From: Bigelowiella natans CCMP2755
Taxonomy: Eukaryota; Protista; Cercozoa
NCBI GenBank assembly: GCA_000320545.1
Contig: ADNK01001314.1
Location: 1-54,570 of the forward strand
DNA length: 54,570 nt
Direction of reading: 5' to 3'
The first letter of the stretch is position 1. Each line of letters opens with the position of its first letter. Position numbers and translations under genes: made by a program. The notes beneath the pieces are model-generated. The model did no database searches. It saw only the letters and a program-made list of their open reading frames with translations, and was not told the DNA's origin. Positions 15,669 to 29,147 of the stretch are shown here, one piece after another.

Positions 15669-16385
15669 ATGACCCCGTTACACGTATGTATTACGGCTTC
15701 TAACTGTGGTTGTAGTTGTCGTCTAGTGGCGCTCCCGAGTTCTTGTAACGGTATCATCGGAGGGTGGGGTTGCTCTTCTTCTTCCTACTTGCGGGGAGAT
15801 GAATGCCACCATTGGATCGCTTTGACGACTGGGCTCGCACCTATACGAGTACTAGATCTGCTACTTCTCGGAAATCAACGTGCTGTATCTGTCATCGAAT
15901 GACGTGTGTGATGACGATATCCGAGGTGGCTGAAAAGTTCCAAGATTACAACGCGGAAGATCTTGCCCATCAGATGTAAGGACCGCCCCCCAACCACCCT
16001 ATCGCTTTCTTTCTCCTTCTCGTGTCCTCATTCGCTCGATGCTACGTACTCAAGATGTTACCTCCGTATTGGAGGCATTCGCAAGATCCGATTACGTGGC
16101 GAAGCTATTGAAGTGGATAGCAGATACTCCTATCTAAAATGAAACTGTAACGCAGAAGGTCTGCGAGAAACTTATCAAATCACAATTTTTCCATGGAGAG
16201 GTAGTGGGTGGTAAAAGCAAAATGACACCGAGGCAATGTATCGCTTCGGCCCCTGCATAGCACGGAATGGAATTCCCAAGCCTAAAAATATAAACACAAA
16301 AATATGGTATGCAAAGATGAAAGCTCTCGATCGTCATTTCGGAGGCACGGCGCTTTGGACAATTTGCACTGCGGCCACAATTTAA
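15669..16385 (+). CDS. Small hypothetical multi-exon gene (tentative model, ~130 aa)
   Basis: Plus-strand intron signals: GTATGT..CTAAC..TAG near 15684-15726, and GTAAGG..polypyrimidine..AAG at 15976-16054. One all-GT-AG phase-consistent model reads MTPLH|WRSRVLVTVSSE|DECHHWIALTTGLAPIR|VAEKFQDYNAEDLAHQI|CYLRIGGIRKIRLQ|GLRETYQITIFPWR|ARNGIPKP..TAATI*. Other frames are possible and no family was recognised. Confidence 0.35.
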
Positions 16386-17019
16386 ACTTTGGCAACTCAG
16401 GTGTGATGTTGTGCACGTGCATCGTTTCTCTTTGCAGTATGCCTCTCGCTATTCCTGAATTTTTGTGATGTTCCTGTGGAGAAAGTGCGTTTTCAACCGA
16501 ATTGAGAAGTCATGAAGACTTTCAGTAATCATTATCGAGCGGGCCAATTGCATGTTAATTATTGGCGTGGCGTTTGACAGTGTCGACTCCATCCATAGTC
16601 ACGTGTGTGTTCGTACTATTTTTGGTGCATATCTTCTGACAGAGTGCCTGCAAAGTAGAGACATGCAGTCGGTGCCACCCGTTTATTTAGGCCATTCTCG
16701 TTAGATGTGGATTCTAACCGGTAATACTAATTTCCGTTAAAATAGTGTCTTATGCGCAAGGAATGCGTGCAGGTTGACTTTCAAAACCTCTCATCTTACT
16801 TTGATTTCATAGTCAAAAATCCTTATAAAATGCCCTCAACAGTCAAACGAGTAGGCACAGTTTTAGCGGCAGCAGCTGCTGCTTGGGTCACTTTTTTTTG
16901 TTTGCTCGCCACAGTTCCAGCAAATATTTTACTAAACAAATTGATGAGAGTGCGAAGGCAATGATGACATGTTCCACCGAAGATTTGCTTCACCAGTTGC
17001 GCAAAGCGTTTTGCAAGTG

Positions 17020-17970
17020 CGCATTGCAGCTGGCTGAGCTGTAGCATGCAGTATTGGCTGCTTGATGAACAGCTGCGTCGTCACAAAGCCTGCGAAGAAA
17101 TCATGTACGGGAATCGTCGCTCGAATACGCTACTAGCTAGGCTTGTGCGATGAGCTCTAGTAGCTAGCATGGCTCTAGTAGAGTTATAGATGCACTCCAA
17201 CTCTTGCTCGATCTCGTCCAGTAGTCAGCACTGCTAGCTAGCTATAGCTAGATCCATTCAAATCTTGCTAGCTCACTTGGACGTCATGCATGACACATGC
17301 ATCACATCTAGACATCTAGACATGCATGTGCAAAGCTGAAAGACTGCACCAGATGATTGGCACCCAATTGTCATTGTGTGATCTGCATGACCGCTAGACC
17401 GGCTCATCACATTGAACACGCTAGCTATAGCACGGCTGACGGACCCATCGTCATTTCTGCTTGCATTGATGCACACTCTAGTCTAATTGTCGCAGTCAGT
17501 AGTGCTAGCTCTAGAGCTAGCTACCTACCTACTAGAATGCTGATCGTTCATACATTTGTTCAATGCAGATTTGACTTGCACATGATCACGACATTTCTAG
17601 ATTTTGATGAGGGGAATGACAATTTATTGGGATTGATCATAGTGAATTTGTGAAGCACGTTTGCATCATCAATGTTATTGTTGTTTCGATTTAATTGCCG
17701 GCCGCAGTGTTCGTGCATTCGTGCAGAATAAGCTTGCTAGCTTGATGGTTTTTACATCATTTGAGGCGTCATGATCTAGTAGAGATGATTATTCGTGCTC
17801 AGACAGACCTCTGATCTAATTACTGCACATGTCGTAGCGATGTTCCTTACATTCAAAGTCATTTCGTGATGCGCTCGCCTAGCCGCTCTATTTCGCTAAT
17901 TCGATCAGAGGACACGGCTAATTTTCAGCAATTTTTAAACGTACGATTCCATGCATGGTTCATGTGATAT
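17020..17970. other. Palindrome-rich convergent spacer 2
   Basis: Examples: gagctctagtagctagcatggctctag, ctgctagctagctatagctagatc, tgctagctctagagctagc. Lies 3' of the minus-strand coiled-coil gene. Confidence 0.75.
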
Positions 17971-18086
17971 GATACTGGTCAGAGAGGGACTGCATTATTT
18001 AGTGACAAGACTCTTGCTGCTCTACTTCAAGCTTCTAATTAATTTTACACTCTTTGGCAGTTACAACTATACAACGAGTGCAGTCA

Positions 18087-18824
18087 TCAATCGTCAATAT
18101 TTGCATGACAAACTCCGAAGCAACTGGAGAGCTGTCTCCATCCTCCTCGTCGTTCAGGAGGGGATTGACATTTCTCTTCAACGATAAGTGTCTCGTTGAC
18201 TTTGTTCGACCCAGACGATTGACAGGATTCCTTCCCCAATAATTTTATCTGTATCCTTAACTCCTCCAACTGCATTTCGTATTCATCTGCTTGATCATCC
18301 TGAAATTCAAATTATAAGACTGTAATCGAACAATAATGCATTTGGCTCGCAACCTTCTCTTGTATTGCCATAGCTAAGTCACATTTCGTTGCTGCGAGCT
18401 TCAATTCAAGTTCCTTGATGCCTTTGCCTGACTGGTTCAAAAGTGCCAATCCTTCAAGGTTAATGAGTTTTTCCTCCGTTTGATGCAACTTTGCAATCGT
18501 CTCCTCATTCCTGATTGAAAATGTACTGATTTTTATACGTTCATCTTTCTCATTAATGTTTATTAACCTTTTCCGCATCTGCTTTTCTTTATCAATAGCC
18601 TCATCTCTTTCATCGGCAGCCCTTTCGTATCTGATAAGGAGAAAAAAATGAGAGTTGACTACGACAGCGAGTAGAGCCTTCGACCGTTCTTTATAGCATT
18701 GTAGCAGCCTGACGAGCTTCACTGTTTTCTTCTTGAGGGATATGTTCTCTCGTTGTAAATCCTTTCTACATCCCTCAGGAGCCAATGCTGAAGTATTCGT
18801 TGTAGACAACGTGCTCCGTGCCAT
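18087..18824 (-). CDS. Coiled-coil protein, hypothetical, ~4 exons
   Basis: Heptad-rich ORF 18312-18824 (..KGIKELELKLAATKCDLAMAIQEK|) splices at GT..AG to DDQADEYEMQLEELRIQIKLLGK..ANIDD* ending at 18087. Confidence 0.65.
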
Positions 18825-19542
18825 GGCCCTGGAGTGCCGTCCTGTTCATCCAAATCACAAGATATTAAACAAGTGGGCTGACCAATTTGGTCTGGGTGTA
18901 GCAGTGCAAACAGGGCAGTGATTCAGTGCCTCCCACATTGGACATGGCAAGTACCCGCTTGACAGCCCAACACTGCACCGTTGTGAAGGTACAAAGGGAC
19001 GGTTGGAAGTTGAGTATCGCTCTCTACAAAAATATTGCAATAAATAAAGACAAAATCCATTGCAATTCTTCCTCGCGACATCCACCTTTGACGCCGGGTG
19101 ACATTTGCCCCTTCCAAAAAAAAGTCCTTTGGGGAATCGAAGTTACCTTAATGCAGAACAATTTTACTATTTTTTAGCGATATTACATGTCTTGAATCGA
19201 AAACCCTGAGTACAGGTCAAAAATGAAGATGAAATTCAACGATATTTTAATGCCAGCTTTTCCAAATATTTTTTCGGATACCGTGTCTCTATGTAAGAAT
19301 AATGGGCTTTTAGAGAATACGACTTATCGAAATTGCTCTACCACACCAACAATCGTCGATACAATGTACAAAGTGCTCCTGACAGACTCTGCCCAGCCGG
19401 TCGCTGGGCTGCCGAACAGGTTTCCCTTCATCCCTCATCTAGAAGTCAATCGACGAACCGAGAGCGGTTCAATCATATTTATATTTCATCACATCCGAAT
19501 AGACGAGTTGAAAAACCCTTTCTGCACACAATCATCACAGGA
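18825..19542. promoter_or_regulatory. Putative bidirectional promoter/5'UTR region (coiled-coil gene / GST)
   Basis: Lies between divergent starts. AAACCCT at 19201 and 19513. Confidence 0.5.
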
Positions 19543-20581
19543 ATGGAGCGGATGACTCTCTTCGTACATTCGTCAACGATTAGCCCCACGTGCCAAAGCT
19601 GCTTGCTGCTAGTAGCCGAATCTAAACTTCCAGTAAAGATAAAAGTCAGTATGTAAAGTGTTACTCTTCATGCAGCGAATGTATATAATATATGTAATCA
19701 TCATAACACAGGTTCTTGCGTATGACGAAGGGGAAAGATTTTCAAAGGACTTTCTAAAGCTGAACCCATACCATTGCGTCCCAACGTTGAAGCAGGAAGA
19801 CGGATTTGTAATTTGGGAATCACACACTGTTATGCGATATCTTTGTGATTACTTCTCCGATTCTAGCAAGGAGCCATCACTGATCATCAAGACTTGCTAT
19901 CCTTCAAACATCAAGGCTCGAGCGAGAGTTAACCAGTTACTAGGTATTACTATGCATTATCATGAGAAGAACACAATGAGTAGATCTTATTGAGATGGGT
20001 CGATATTACACAGATTATCGACATTGTAAGCTATATCCAAGCATTCTGAAGGCCACAATGCCGTTTCTGGGCTATGAAGCACCTGTATCGCAACAAGTAG
20101 CAGAATCTACTCGTAAGCAATTGCATGAAGAATTGGAGAGGTAGGAACTTGGTGAATAAACCAAATAGCAGATTTGACAAACAATTAAGGATGTTATGGA
20201 TACAAACAGATTTTCAAGTGTATATTTGAGAGAAGAGGGCAAATATGCAGGCGGGTTTCATCACCCAACCATCGCTGACTTTTCCATTGTCCCAGCCCTT
20301 GGATTCACTACTGTTCTGAAGGTACAACCACCAAATACCATCAATAAGGTCGATGTTGATACGATGTCGTACCGTGTTTACGAATCAATATTACCCTTTA
20401 TATGTTATGTTGATGATAGGGCTACGAACTTCCAAAGAGAATCCAAGCATATATTAAGGACTTCACAAAGAACGTTGCATCTTACGAAGAAATAAATAAA
20501 GGGTTTATTCTGAAAACGAAGCATCTTGCTTTAGCCATTGAAAAAAGGTTGAGTCATAAATCTCAACTTTCGGATGATTGA
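19543..20581 (+). CDS. Glutathione S-transferase, theta-like, 5 exons
   Basis: Reads MTLFVHSSTISPTCQSCLLL..|..FLKLNPYHCVPTLKQEDGFVIWESHTVMRYL..YPSNIKARARVNQLLD|..|..HPTIADFSIVP..|GYELPKRIQAYIK..SDD*. Contains the GST cis-Pro VP, the ES glutathione motif and the TIAD N-capping box. Start is ATG 19543 or 19552. Confidence 0.92.
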
Positions 20582-20639
20582 AAGCTAAATGCTCGATTTT
20601 ATCCCGAGTGTAATAAATCCATCGCTTTCCGATTTTGAG

Positions 20640-21265
20640 GAAGCTATTGATCATGATATGAGCGAGCTATCTTTGCTTCTGTGTACAGTTCTAGTTACCT
20701 TCTTAAACTTAATCTATATTAACTGTGCTGCGCTTGTGATAGCAACATTATTTTAGCTATGCTAGTACGGATACATGTGCGCACGCGTATACGTGCTAGC
20801 GTGCCGTGCGTCGCGTGGCATTGGAATAAGATTGCACATGCTGCTGCTGTTGTGGATCGCTAGCTCATGCAGCTGCATGTGATCCGTGAACGCGCACCCA
20901 AATCTACAAGTTGTAAAATATCTAGATATGTCTAATATGTGGCATAGCAGCTGCGAGCATAGAGAGCTCGCTATAACGACATGAATTTGCTAGGCTTGTT
21001 ACTCGATGTACACATTGTGCCAGTGATGTGTGCTGTGGAACCGCCCTGCACATACATGCACACGCTTTATTGGATTGATATCTAAATTGCAAGCTAAATT
21101 TAATAGATATGCCTGCAGGGATTGTAGTTTTTTGCACATTGTGTGTGTGTGTGTGTGTGCTCTGTAGTCTGTTAGAATGCGCTGTCTATGTCGTATTTAG
21201 ACTATTCGATATCAGTCATCATTTAGATGCCATTTGTGGCTTTGCTGCTCTCGATCGTAGTTAGG
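20640..21265. other. Palindrome-rich convergent spacer 3 (GST / membrane hydrolase)
   Basis: Examples: tagctatgctagtacggatacatgtgcgcacgcgtatacgtgctagc, gatcgctagctcatgcagctgcatg, atatctagatat. Confidence 0.75.
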
Positions 21266-21268
21266 CTT

Positions 21269-21712
21269 CTATTCACTTTCCTGCTCTATTCTCAAAGCTG
21301 CGTCGTGGACTAATAGCTTGATCCAATCTCTCAGAGAATCCTGTAAAGAATAGATATACAATAGTATATTAGTTGATCCAATCGAATACCACTTGCTTCC
21401 TGAGTGAGTAGGAGAACCTTTGTGCAAGCAAACCGCAACATGTGGTCGTCGCTTTCCGCAATGAGAAGCCGGCATTGGCGTCTTCGTGATCCCCTATGCA
21501 GTTTCTTTACAGATTTCAATCGAACGATGACGTCATTTCCTCCCTAAGAAGAATCAAGAGTCGAGGACCGGCCAAATGAGGTTGTGTTCTTGGTGATGAC
21601 TACGTCGTATTGGCTACTACTCGGAACACCTGAACAGTTAAAATTCTGGACAGAGGAGACAAAGCCCGGTTCGACAAGGAAGGGGGCGGCAAGCCCGCAT
21701 GCTTCCACATCT

Positions 21713-21754
<42 letters not shown>

Positions 21755-22976
21755 AATGGCCTATTAGAAACCTTAACACGGACATGGGATAGGCCGGAGC
21801 CCAAATCCAGCTGTAGTAGGTCGAAAGTGTGGAAATTGTAGGACTCAACACGGGACATGAACTCACGCACAATATCACTACTCGTCCAAAATGTAGACGG
21901 CATTCATCTCTAAGCTGTAAATATGTGGAACCTGATCGCCAGCTGGAGCGAGAAGGAGAGTAGCACCCTAGTCCCCAGCATACAGCAGCTAATCAGTTTC
22001 CGTTTACGGAATCGACAGAATGCCAAATGTAAGATAGCACACACCTTCCAAAGCCCCTTCGAAACCATTTCAGCAGCTATCCCACCGCCCCACGAGTACC
22101 TGCCGCATCCACGATAACAACTATCATTGTAATTATGCACAACGACCATCCAAGATGGCAGAAATTTCTTTTTGTTTTTTCAATTCGGCACTACCCTATA
22201 AGGATATCTGGTTTGTGTATGACGACAGCGTCTTTGAATGCAGCAACGCACTCCTTGAGGCATCTCGCAACAGCCTTTCGCTTCAGCCAGCTGATTCATA
22301 GCAGGGGGGTATTTGGCGATTACGCTCCATTATGGCAAGGAAAATATTAGAGAAATACCGCAGGAAAAATAGCAGCCCAAAAGTACTAAGGAGCCATACC
22401 CACCATATCCTCACCTGGGATAATCCACAAGCATTCATAATATTCATTATTTTTGTTCCAAATATACTAGTGAATAATCAAAATTGGCATTATTGGCGAA
22501 ATTTGAAAATTATTAGTTTGTATACCAATACGGCGAGGAAAACAAAATGTGCTGCCAAGACTAGAACGATCGCGATCACGAAGGGGTTTAAGACTATTTC
22601 TCTGCATCCATATGGCATATAAGGAGCTATAACCTGGAAACATAAATTGATGGACACTTTAGCGTCAGAACTCTAATATCGAAGGATACTGGAGCGTACC
22701 TCAAACTCCCTATTGTTGAGCAGAGGATATGGAAGTCCAGGACCAGGGGAGAACCCCTCCAAATACATGATTTTTATTTTGTAGCCATCTGCATTACATG
22801 CCGCACACGGAGTTAGCACTGAGAAGGAAAGAGCTATGATTGTAATCGAAGATACCCGAGGTCGGAGAAGCGTTTAATGAAACCATTTGTGACGCCAAAG
22901 AAGAGGTGACTGCGTCCTCATCTTCCATACCCGAGTGGGCGTGGATTTGATGCTGAGGCGAAAGTTCGGCCCCCAT
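21269..22976 (-). CDS. Alpha/beta-hydrolase with two predicted transmembrane helices and N-terminal MGxxxS motif, multi-exon
   Basis: Spliced read: MGAELS..|DGYKIKIMYLEGFSPG..|VIAPYMPYG..PFVIAIVLVLAAHFVFLAVL|VRIWWVWLLSTFGLLFFLR|WLKRKAV..PDILIG|YSWGGGIAAEM..LWK|GATLLLAPAGDQ|..RILTVQ|GGNDVIV..ESDDHMLRF..|DSLRDWI..ESE*. GYSWG nucleophile elbow, QGGND acid and DDH histidine occur in canonical order. Confidence 0.85.
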
Positions 22977-23581
22977 TCTCACTGAATTAAATTCAAAGGT
23001 ATTCAGTCGTCTCTTACGTTTGAGGAAGATAACCACATAGAAATTCCTTGGATCACATCCGAAGGACTGGATGATACAAGCGGGAAACGCGTGCTACCGA
23101 CCCTAGAAATGTGTGCTGCCACCCCCACACATAACGTGACGTAGATCTATATGCGAGATAATCAGTTGCCGTGTGAGCGATTGAGTTGGTATCCAGACCA
23201 CGCGCAGCACATCCTTGTCGTTGTCGCCGTTGTTGGTTCTGAACAAAGGGGATTTGTCTAATGCGACATGGCTAAAAGCGCCTTTTCTCAACAGCTGTTC
23301 GCGTACCATGGTAGGACCTTAATGTCGGGAGAACCGTGCAGCGATAAAAATTGAAGTGGTATTTTTAGGTGCGACAAGCGATGAGGGTTGTCGTCATAAG
23401 TGGAACTCTTCGCTTGGTTTAAAATAGGTGCTTTGAGCATCTACACACACCCCACTGCCTGGAGGGGTTTCTGGGTTGTTACCCCCCACCCAACTCGCGC
23501 TTTTCCCTCCAAGCGATTCTTCCAGTTCTGCGCAGGATTCATCTATATTTGAACCCATCTCAGAGAAACGAAGTCAATAGC
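22977..23581. promoter_or_regulatory. Putative bidirectional promoter region (membrane hydrolase / FPGS)
   Basis: About 600 bp between divergent ATGs. GGGTTT at 23465. Confidence 0.5.
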
Positions 23582-24830
23582 ATGGTCAGTTGCCAGCAGA
23601 GCTCACACAAGGAGTGGGTGTTGTGCACAGGGGAAATGGGAGCATGCAAAGCTTTGTGAATGACGCATCATTACCTTGGCTCCATTTGCTTGAATCGATC
23701 AATGCTAGCGTGTCGCTCCTCAGTCCACAACATTACATAATTTATACTTTTGTTGGAACTAAAAGTCGGGTGAACAACAGCTGGAAAGGAAGAAGACTCG
23801 CGGCCTGGATGAAGTATACATCGCCTTGAACAAGCTTATGTCCAAAACGAAACAGCAACTAAAAGAGGCTGTTATGACTAGGTTTGATTTTTATATCTCA
23901 AGACTGTCATGTCTGTACGCGTGGACAGCTTGTGAGAACGTCTGATTATCACAGGGACCAGATCGTGAAAGAGATGATGGCGTATGTGGATACCCTGCAC
24001 ATTGACGTATGTGTGTGGTAGTAGTAGCAGTGGAAGTAGTTGTTGTTGTTGTTGCTGCTGTAGTAGTACCAGGAACGGGACAGTTGCAAAAAGATGTGAT
24101 TGCTATTGATAGTAAACTGGCAATGATGAATCAATACCAATTCCTCCAAGTGTCACACAACCACCAACTACAAGCAATGATTCGTATGCTATAACAGTTA
24201 TCCAGTATGGACGTAATCCATGTTGCAGGAACAAAGGGAAAAGGGTTAGACGACTCCAAAGCACTAGACATAAAACAGCATGTAACACATACAGACGTTT
24301 TCGTATCTACTACCACAGCAGCAGCCATTCTCTTCTTTCCCCCATTTTTATCATCGTATCACCTAAAATGTATTCGTCTTTGCCAGGTCGACGTGCGCAT
24401 TCGTGGAGTCCATTCTGAGGTAGGAGACATCTTAGTGTAACTTAGCATTCCAGCTGCTCTGACAGTGGTTGTCGATGATGCTCCTCCTACAGGCAACATG
24501 GTCTTACTACGGGGTTATACTCTTCGCCGCATCTGATTGAAGTCAATGAGCGCATCCGAATTGGTTGGTGATTGCACATCCTCGTTTATCAGCTCAATAA
24601 GGACTGTTGTCGCTTGTATGTGTGCCGGGGAGAATGCATCATGCACTCTCATAAATATCACTTTTGCGGTTGCTTGCTTTTCTTGCTGCTCCGCCATTCG
24701 TGTGGGCTGATTCGCTATTATCATCCTCAGGAGGGAAACCTTGCTCGGAAGATGTATTCTGTACGTTTACCAGAATTTTTGTCCATTTACAAACACTCCC
24801 CTTCTTCCCTCAACCTCCTCTCCAACATAG

Positions 24831-24877
<47 letters not shown>

Positions 24878-26141
24878 CTCTCTTTCACGCAATGGCTTAA
24901 GCTCTTCGTCCGTAGCACATGAGCAGCATGATGAAAGAAAGACTCTCAGTATTGGTCTACATCACTGTTTTGTTTCCCATTCTTCTTCTTTTTCTTCCTC
25001 CTCCTCCTCCTCCTCTTCCTCCCCGAAGGCCAGCACTTCTTTAGTGTTTGGGATACGCTTTCGTCAGAGGCAGCAGCAGCAGCCACCAAGACGACGAAAT
25101 CGAGAACGTAGTACATAAAATATCTATTCGAGTCGTTGTGGTTCCTGCCTTCATAGTTGTGCTATGGCGACTTCATTACTACCGATATCTTCTCTCTATT
25201 ACTCGCCTATTATGTGCCCCTGGGTGTTGTTGCCCTTCTTTAACTTCAAACACAACCCCGTTTTCCTGCTACTACTCACGTTACATGTGTTGCTTGTAGG
25301 GGGGGTCGCATGCCTCGGTACTTCCAATTTCTCACACTGGTAGGTGTTATACAGACTTAATATCTCTTGTTATCTTTCTTCTTTTTTCCCTTCATCTCCC
25401 TCTTCCTCTTCTCCGTGCAGAGAATGCTTATTAAATAGAGGGTCTGAGCAGTCCTCTTCTATCCCCCCCTCTCTCTCTTGAGTATTGCTAGTCTTGTTCA
25501 CAGTGCTTTTATTTTGCCGCAAACAGGTGGCACTGAAGATATTCTCTGACCCTGCGATTGGAGTGAAAGTCGTCATCTTAGAGACTGGTTTCTATAGTGT
25601 ATTAAAAATGCTGCTGCTGCTGCTATTGATGATGATCATGATGATAACCACCTCGACGATAATGATGATGGAAGTGAAGAAAATTGATAGATGACTGGCA
25701 AAATCCTTATCTTAGAATTTTCTATCATTTCTCTTTCGGATGCATCATCCCACCAGTAACCATCACCATCATCATCATTTTCATCGCATCACCACTGCCG
25801 CACAAAAGGTGTTGGGGGGAGGCTGGACGCAACAAACATATTTGAGCATCCGGTGGTTACGGGGATTACTAAGGTAGCAGAACGCCTATCTGTTTTCGTT
25901 ATCCTGCAATTATGCTGTGAAGGGGAAGGGCACAATGCCAATCTTGCTGTATGATGACGTAATCATGATTGCTTCTGCAATATTGGAGGATGACCGCCCC
26001 TCCTGCTTTTTGCCATGCGCGTTGTTGCCTCCTCCTCCCTGCTGATTGATGTTTCAGATAGGATACGATCACATGAATGTCCTTGGGAGCACGCTTGATG
26101 CAATCGCTTCGGAAAAGGTAGTACGCACGTGGCGATGGTTA

Positions 26142-26175
<34 letters not shown>

Positions 26176-26188
26176 GGTCATGGTGATA

Positions 26189-26224
<36 letters not shown>

Positions 26225-26372
26225 CAGAGGAGAAAGAAAGAGAGTGTAGCATCAGCCATCGTGTTGATTCGTGGTATCCTCAACTCAGGCTGGTATCCTT
26301 AAGACGGGCTCTCCCGCATTCACAACTGCTTCTCAAGAACCTCTGGCTTTGAAGGTAGATGGATTATTATTA

Positions 26373-26408
<36 letters not shown>

Positions 26409-26722
26409 GAAGAAGAAGAAGAAGAAGAAGAAGAAGAAGAAGAAGGAACAGCAGAAAGCCGGATGGAGGCGTGTATATATTGCCTTGCTTACATGATGAC
26501 GTACGTGTTTGTGCGTACAAATATTTGAAGTCGTTTCTGCCGTGTGGGTTTGATATGAAACGCCCTTCTGGAGCGTATTCGATAGCGAGCAATGATTTGT
26601 TGATTCGTACGAAAGAAGTCGAGACATCGGGGATGTTCTTCGTCATCCTTTCACCAGTGGCATCAACAAGTTTGAGAGGAGGGGGAGAATAATGATTTTT
26701 TCCCTCTAACTTTTTCTGCTGT

Positions 26723-26762
<40 letters not shown>

Positions 26763-27869
26763 CTATCAGACTCTGGTGACGCTTGCAAAGAAGGCCGGTG
26801 TAAAAGACGGCGAGATTGTGATATGTAATATCTTCCTTTCGAAATTAATCTTTTAAATTACTTATCAAACGATAATTCCTCTCCTAAGCGCCGCGTAAGA
26901 TTGTATTGTACCTACAGAGGCCCATTCTCCTTCAAATCTACATCATCCTCATTATCTTCATCATCAACAACAACAACAACATTCCGAAAGAAAATGAATA
27001 AATGGAAAGTGCAGCTAGGCTACTACTACTACTACTACTACTACTATTACTACTACTACTAATACACCACCAACAACAAAGACTACCACACTCCTGTAAC
27101 TGCTACGATAAGCTTTGCGTGATGACCAATGATGAGAGAACAGAGGGGCGAGGACACAACAGTAGCCTGATTTCTTTTTCGATTGATTACTTAGGCTCTC
27201 CGCTAATCATCGATCCTGAGACAAAGTAAAACTATCCCGCCGCATGTTGTAGCAGCATTTCCACATAGTACATTCGCGATTCGTATTACGCTACTACTTG
27301 CTGCCTACTTTCTTACTTACTAACCCACACGTGTGCTCCTTGGCAACCATTAAGGAAATCAGTGGATCTTGGATTGGCCGGAGATCATCAAGGAGAGAAT
27401 GCTGCCATTGCACTTGCCCTTGCCCACGAGTAAGAATAGCATCTGTCTGTGTGTGTGTTTGTGTGTGAAGGGGGGGGGGGGGGGGACTTCGTTTATAGTG
27501 ACTCGATAGAGTCGATAAGGAAAGCACATGAAATAAGAGTCATCATCGTGAACATCATGATGCAAGGTTTCTCAACTACTGGAGGGAAAAGACCAAGAGG
27601 GTAGGAGAAGAGGAGCTCGAGGATGATGATGATGGTGGTGGTGGTGGTGGTGACGAATCTGGTAGTGCCCTGTGCTGGGCAGGGCGTCGATATCCGCTAT
27701 TCTCGCCATCATCTAAACTAAGAACGGCTCTCAAATCCACCTTTTGGCCCGGCCGCTGTCAGATTCTGGAATTGAATGCTGCTGAAAGTAGTGGTGAACG
27801 TATATTTTATCGTGGGATGGTGATGACGACGATGATGATGGTGATGATGATGATGATGATGATGATGAT

Positions 27870-27945
<76 letters not shown>

Positions 27946-28686
27946 GTACATTCTTGTTCACTCTGTATTGCTTATTTCTATTCTCTGACAAATATTTCGA
28001 AACGGATCATCAGGCACGCCACAGCATCAGCGCAAGCTTTGCATCGATGGAGCTCATACACGTGATAGTGTCAATCGAGCAGCAAACTGGTTCGCGCAAG
28101 TAGTACAGGTGCTGCTGTTCTCAACTATCCAACACTACGAGTGCTGTCCGCACTTGCTCCTATCCTACTACCTACCCCTTCCTCATGTCATCATCAATCT
28201 CTTCGTCGCTCTAAACAAGCACACAAATGCTTCAGGCCGAGAAGGAAAAGCGCCGAAGCCGCTCGAGGGAAAGTAAGAAAAGACCGCCCCAGCAGCACCA
28301 GCAGAAACAGCAGCAGAAAGCAGCTATATCCACAATGGCTGATAAAATCGAAATGAAGGATGATGAAGATGAAGAAGGAGTCAATGGCGACAGCTGTGCT
28401 GATATTGAGGTGAGAGCAAAGAACACGTGTATTGTGATGCTTGTGCGTGGTTGCGTATTGGATTAATACTGAAACATTGAGACTCATCCTGATGACTAAC
28501 GAATGTGTTCTCTCTTCTCCATAATCTCCCCCCCCCCCCTCCCCCTTTAGGTTGGATTGGCTTTTAATGTTGGTGTAGGAAGAGATCCGGGAAAGCTCCT
28601 GCTAGAAATTAATAAAGTGCTGAATAAAGCGAAGGTCCCCTGCTATTGGCGCTGTTAGGAGGAAAATACATATATATTCATATAAA

Positions 28687-28728
<42 letters not shown>

Positions 28729-29107
28729 TAACCAGCACCGTCGTCATTGATGTATGTTATCATTATAATCATGCCGTCATGTATGATACCATAGCACATT
28801 ATCATCATTATCATCATCATTATCATCATCATCATCATCATCATTTTCACCATCATCATTGGCAGATACACGTCTCTTGGGTATACTCTTGCCCCTTTGA
28901 CTGGGACAAGTAAGAGAGAGGAGCAAATAGAAAAAGCAACAATGATGATGATGATGATGATGATGATGACGATGATGAAGATGGCTCGAAATAAATGTAT
29001 TGATTGTTGCTGCTGCTGTTCCTGATGATGGTTTAGCTTGCCTGGAATGCTTTCTCTGCGATCATATCCTCCTGCTCTTTCAGCATTAGTTGTTGTATAT
29101 TGCCTTG

Positions 29108-29147
<40 letters not shown>

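Noticed and set aside
21269-21560. PH-like domain at the C-terminus of the 21.3-23.0 kb gene
   Set aside because: Full splicing shows these exons supply the Asp and His of an alpha/beta-hydrolase triad.
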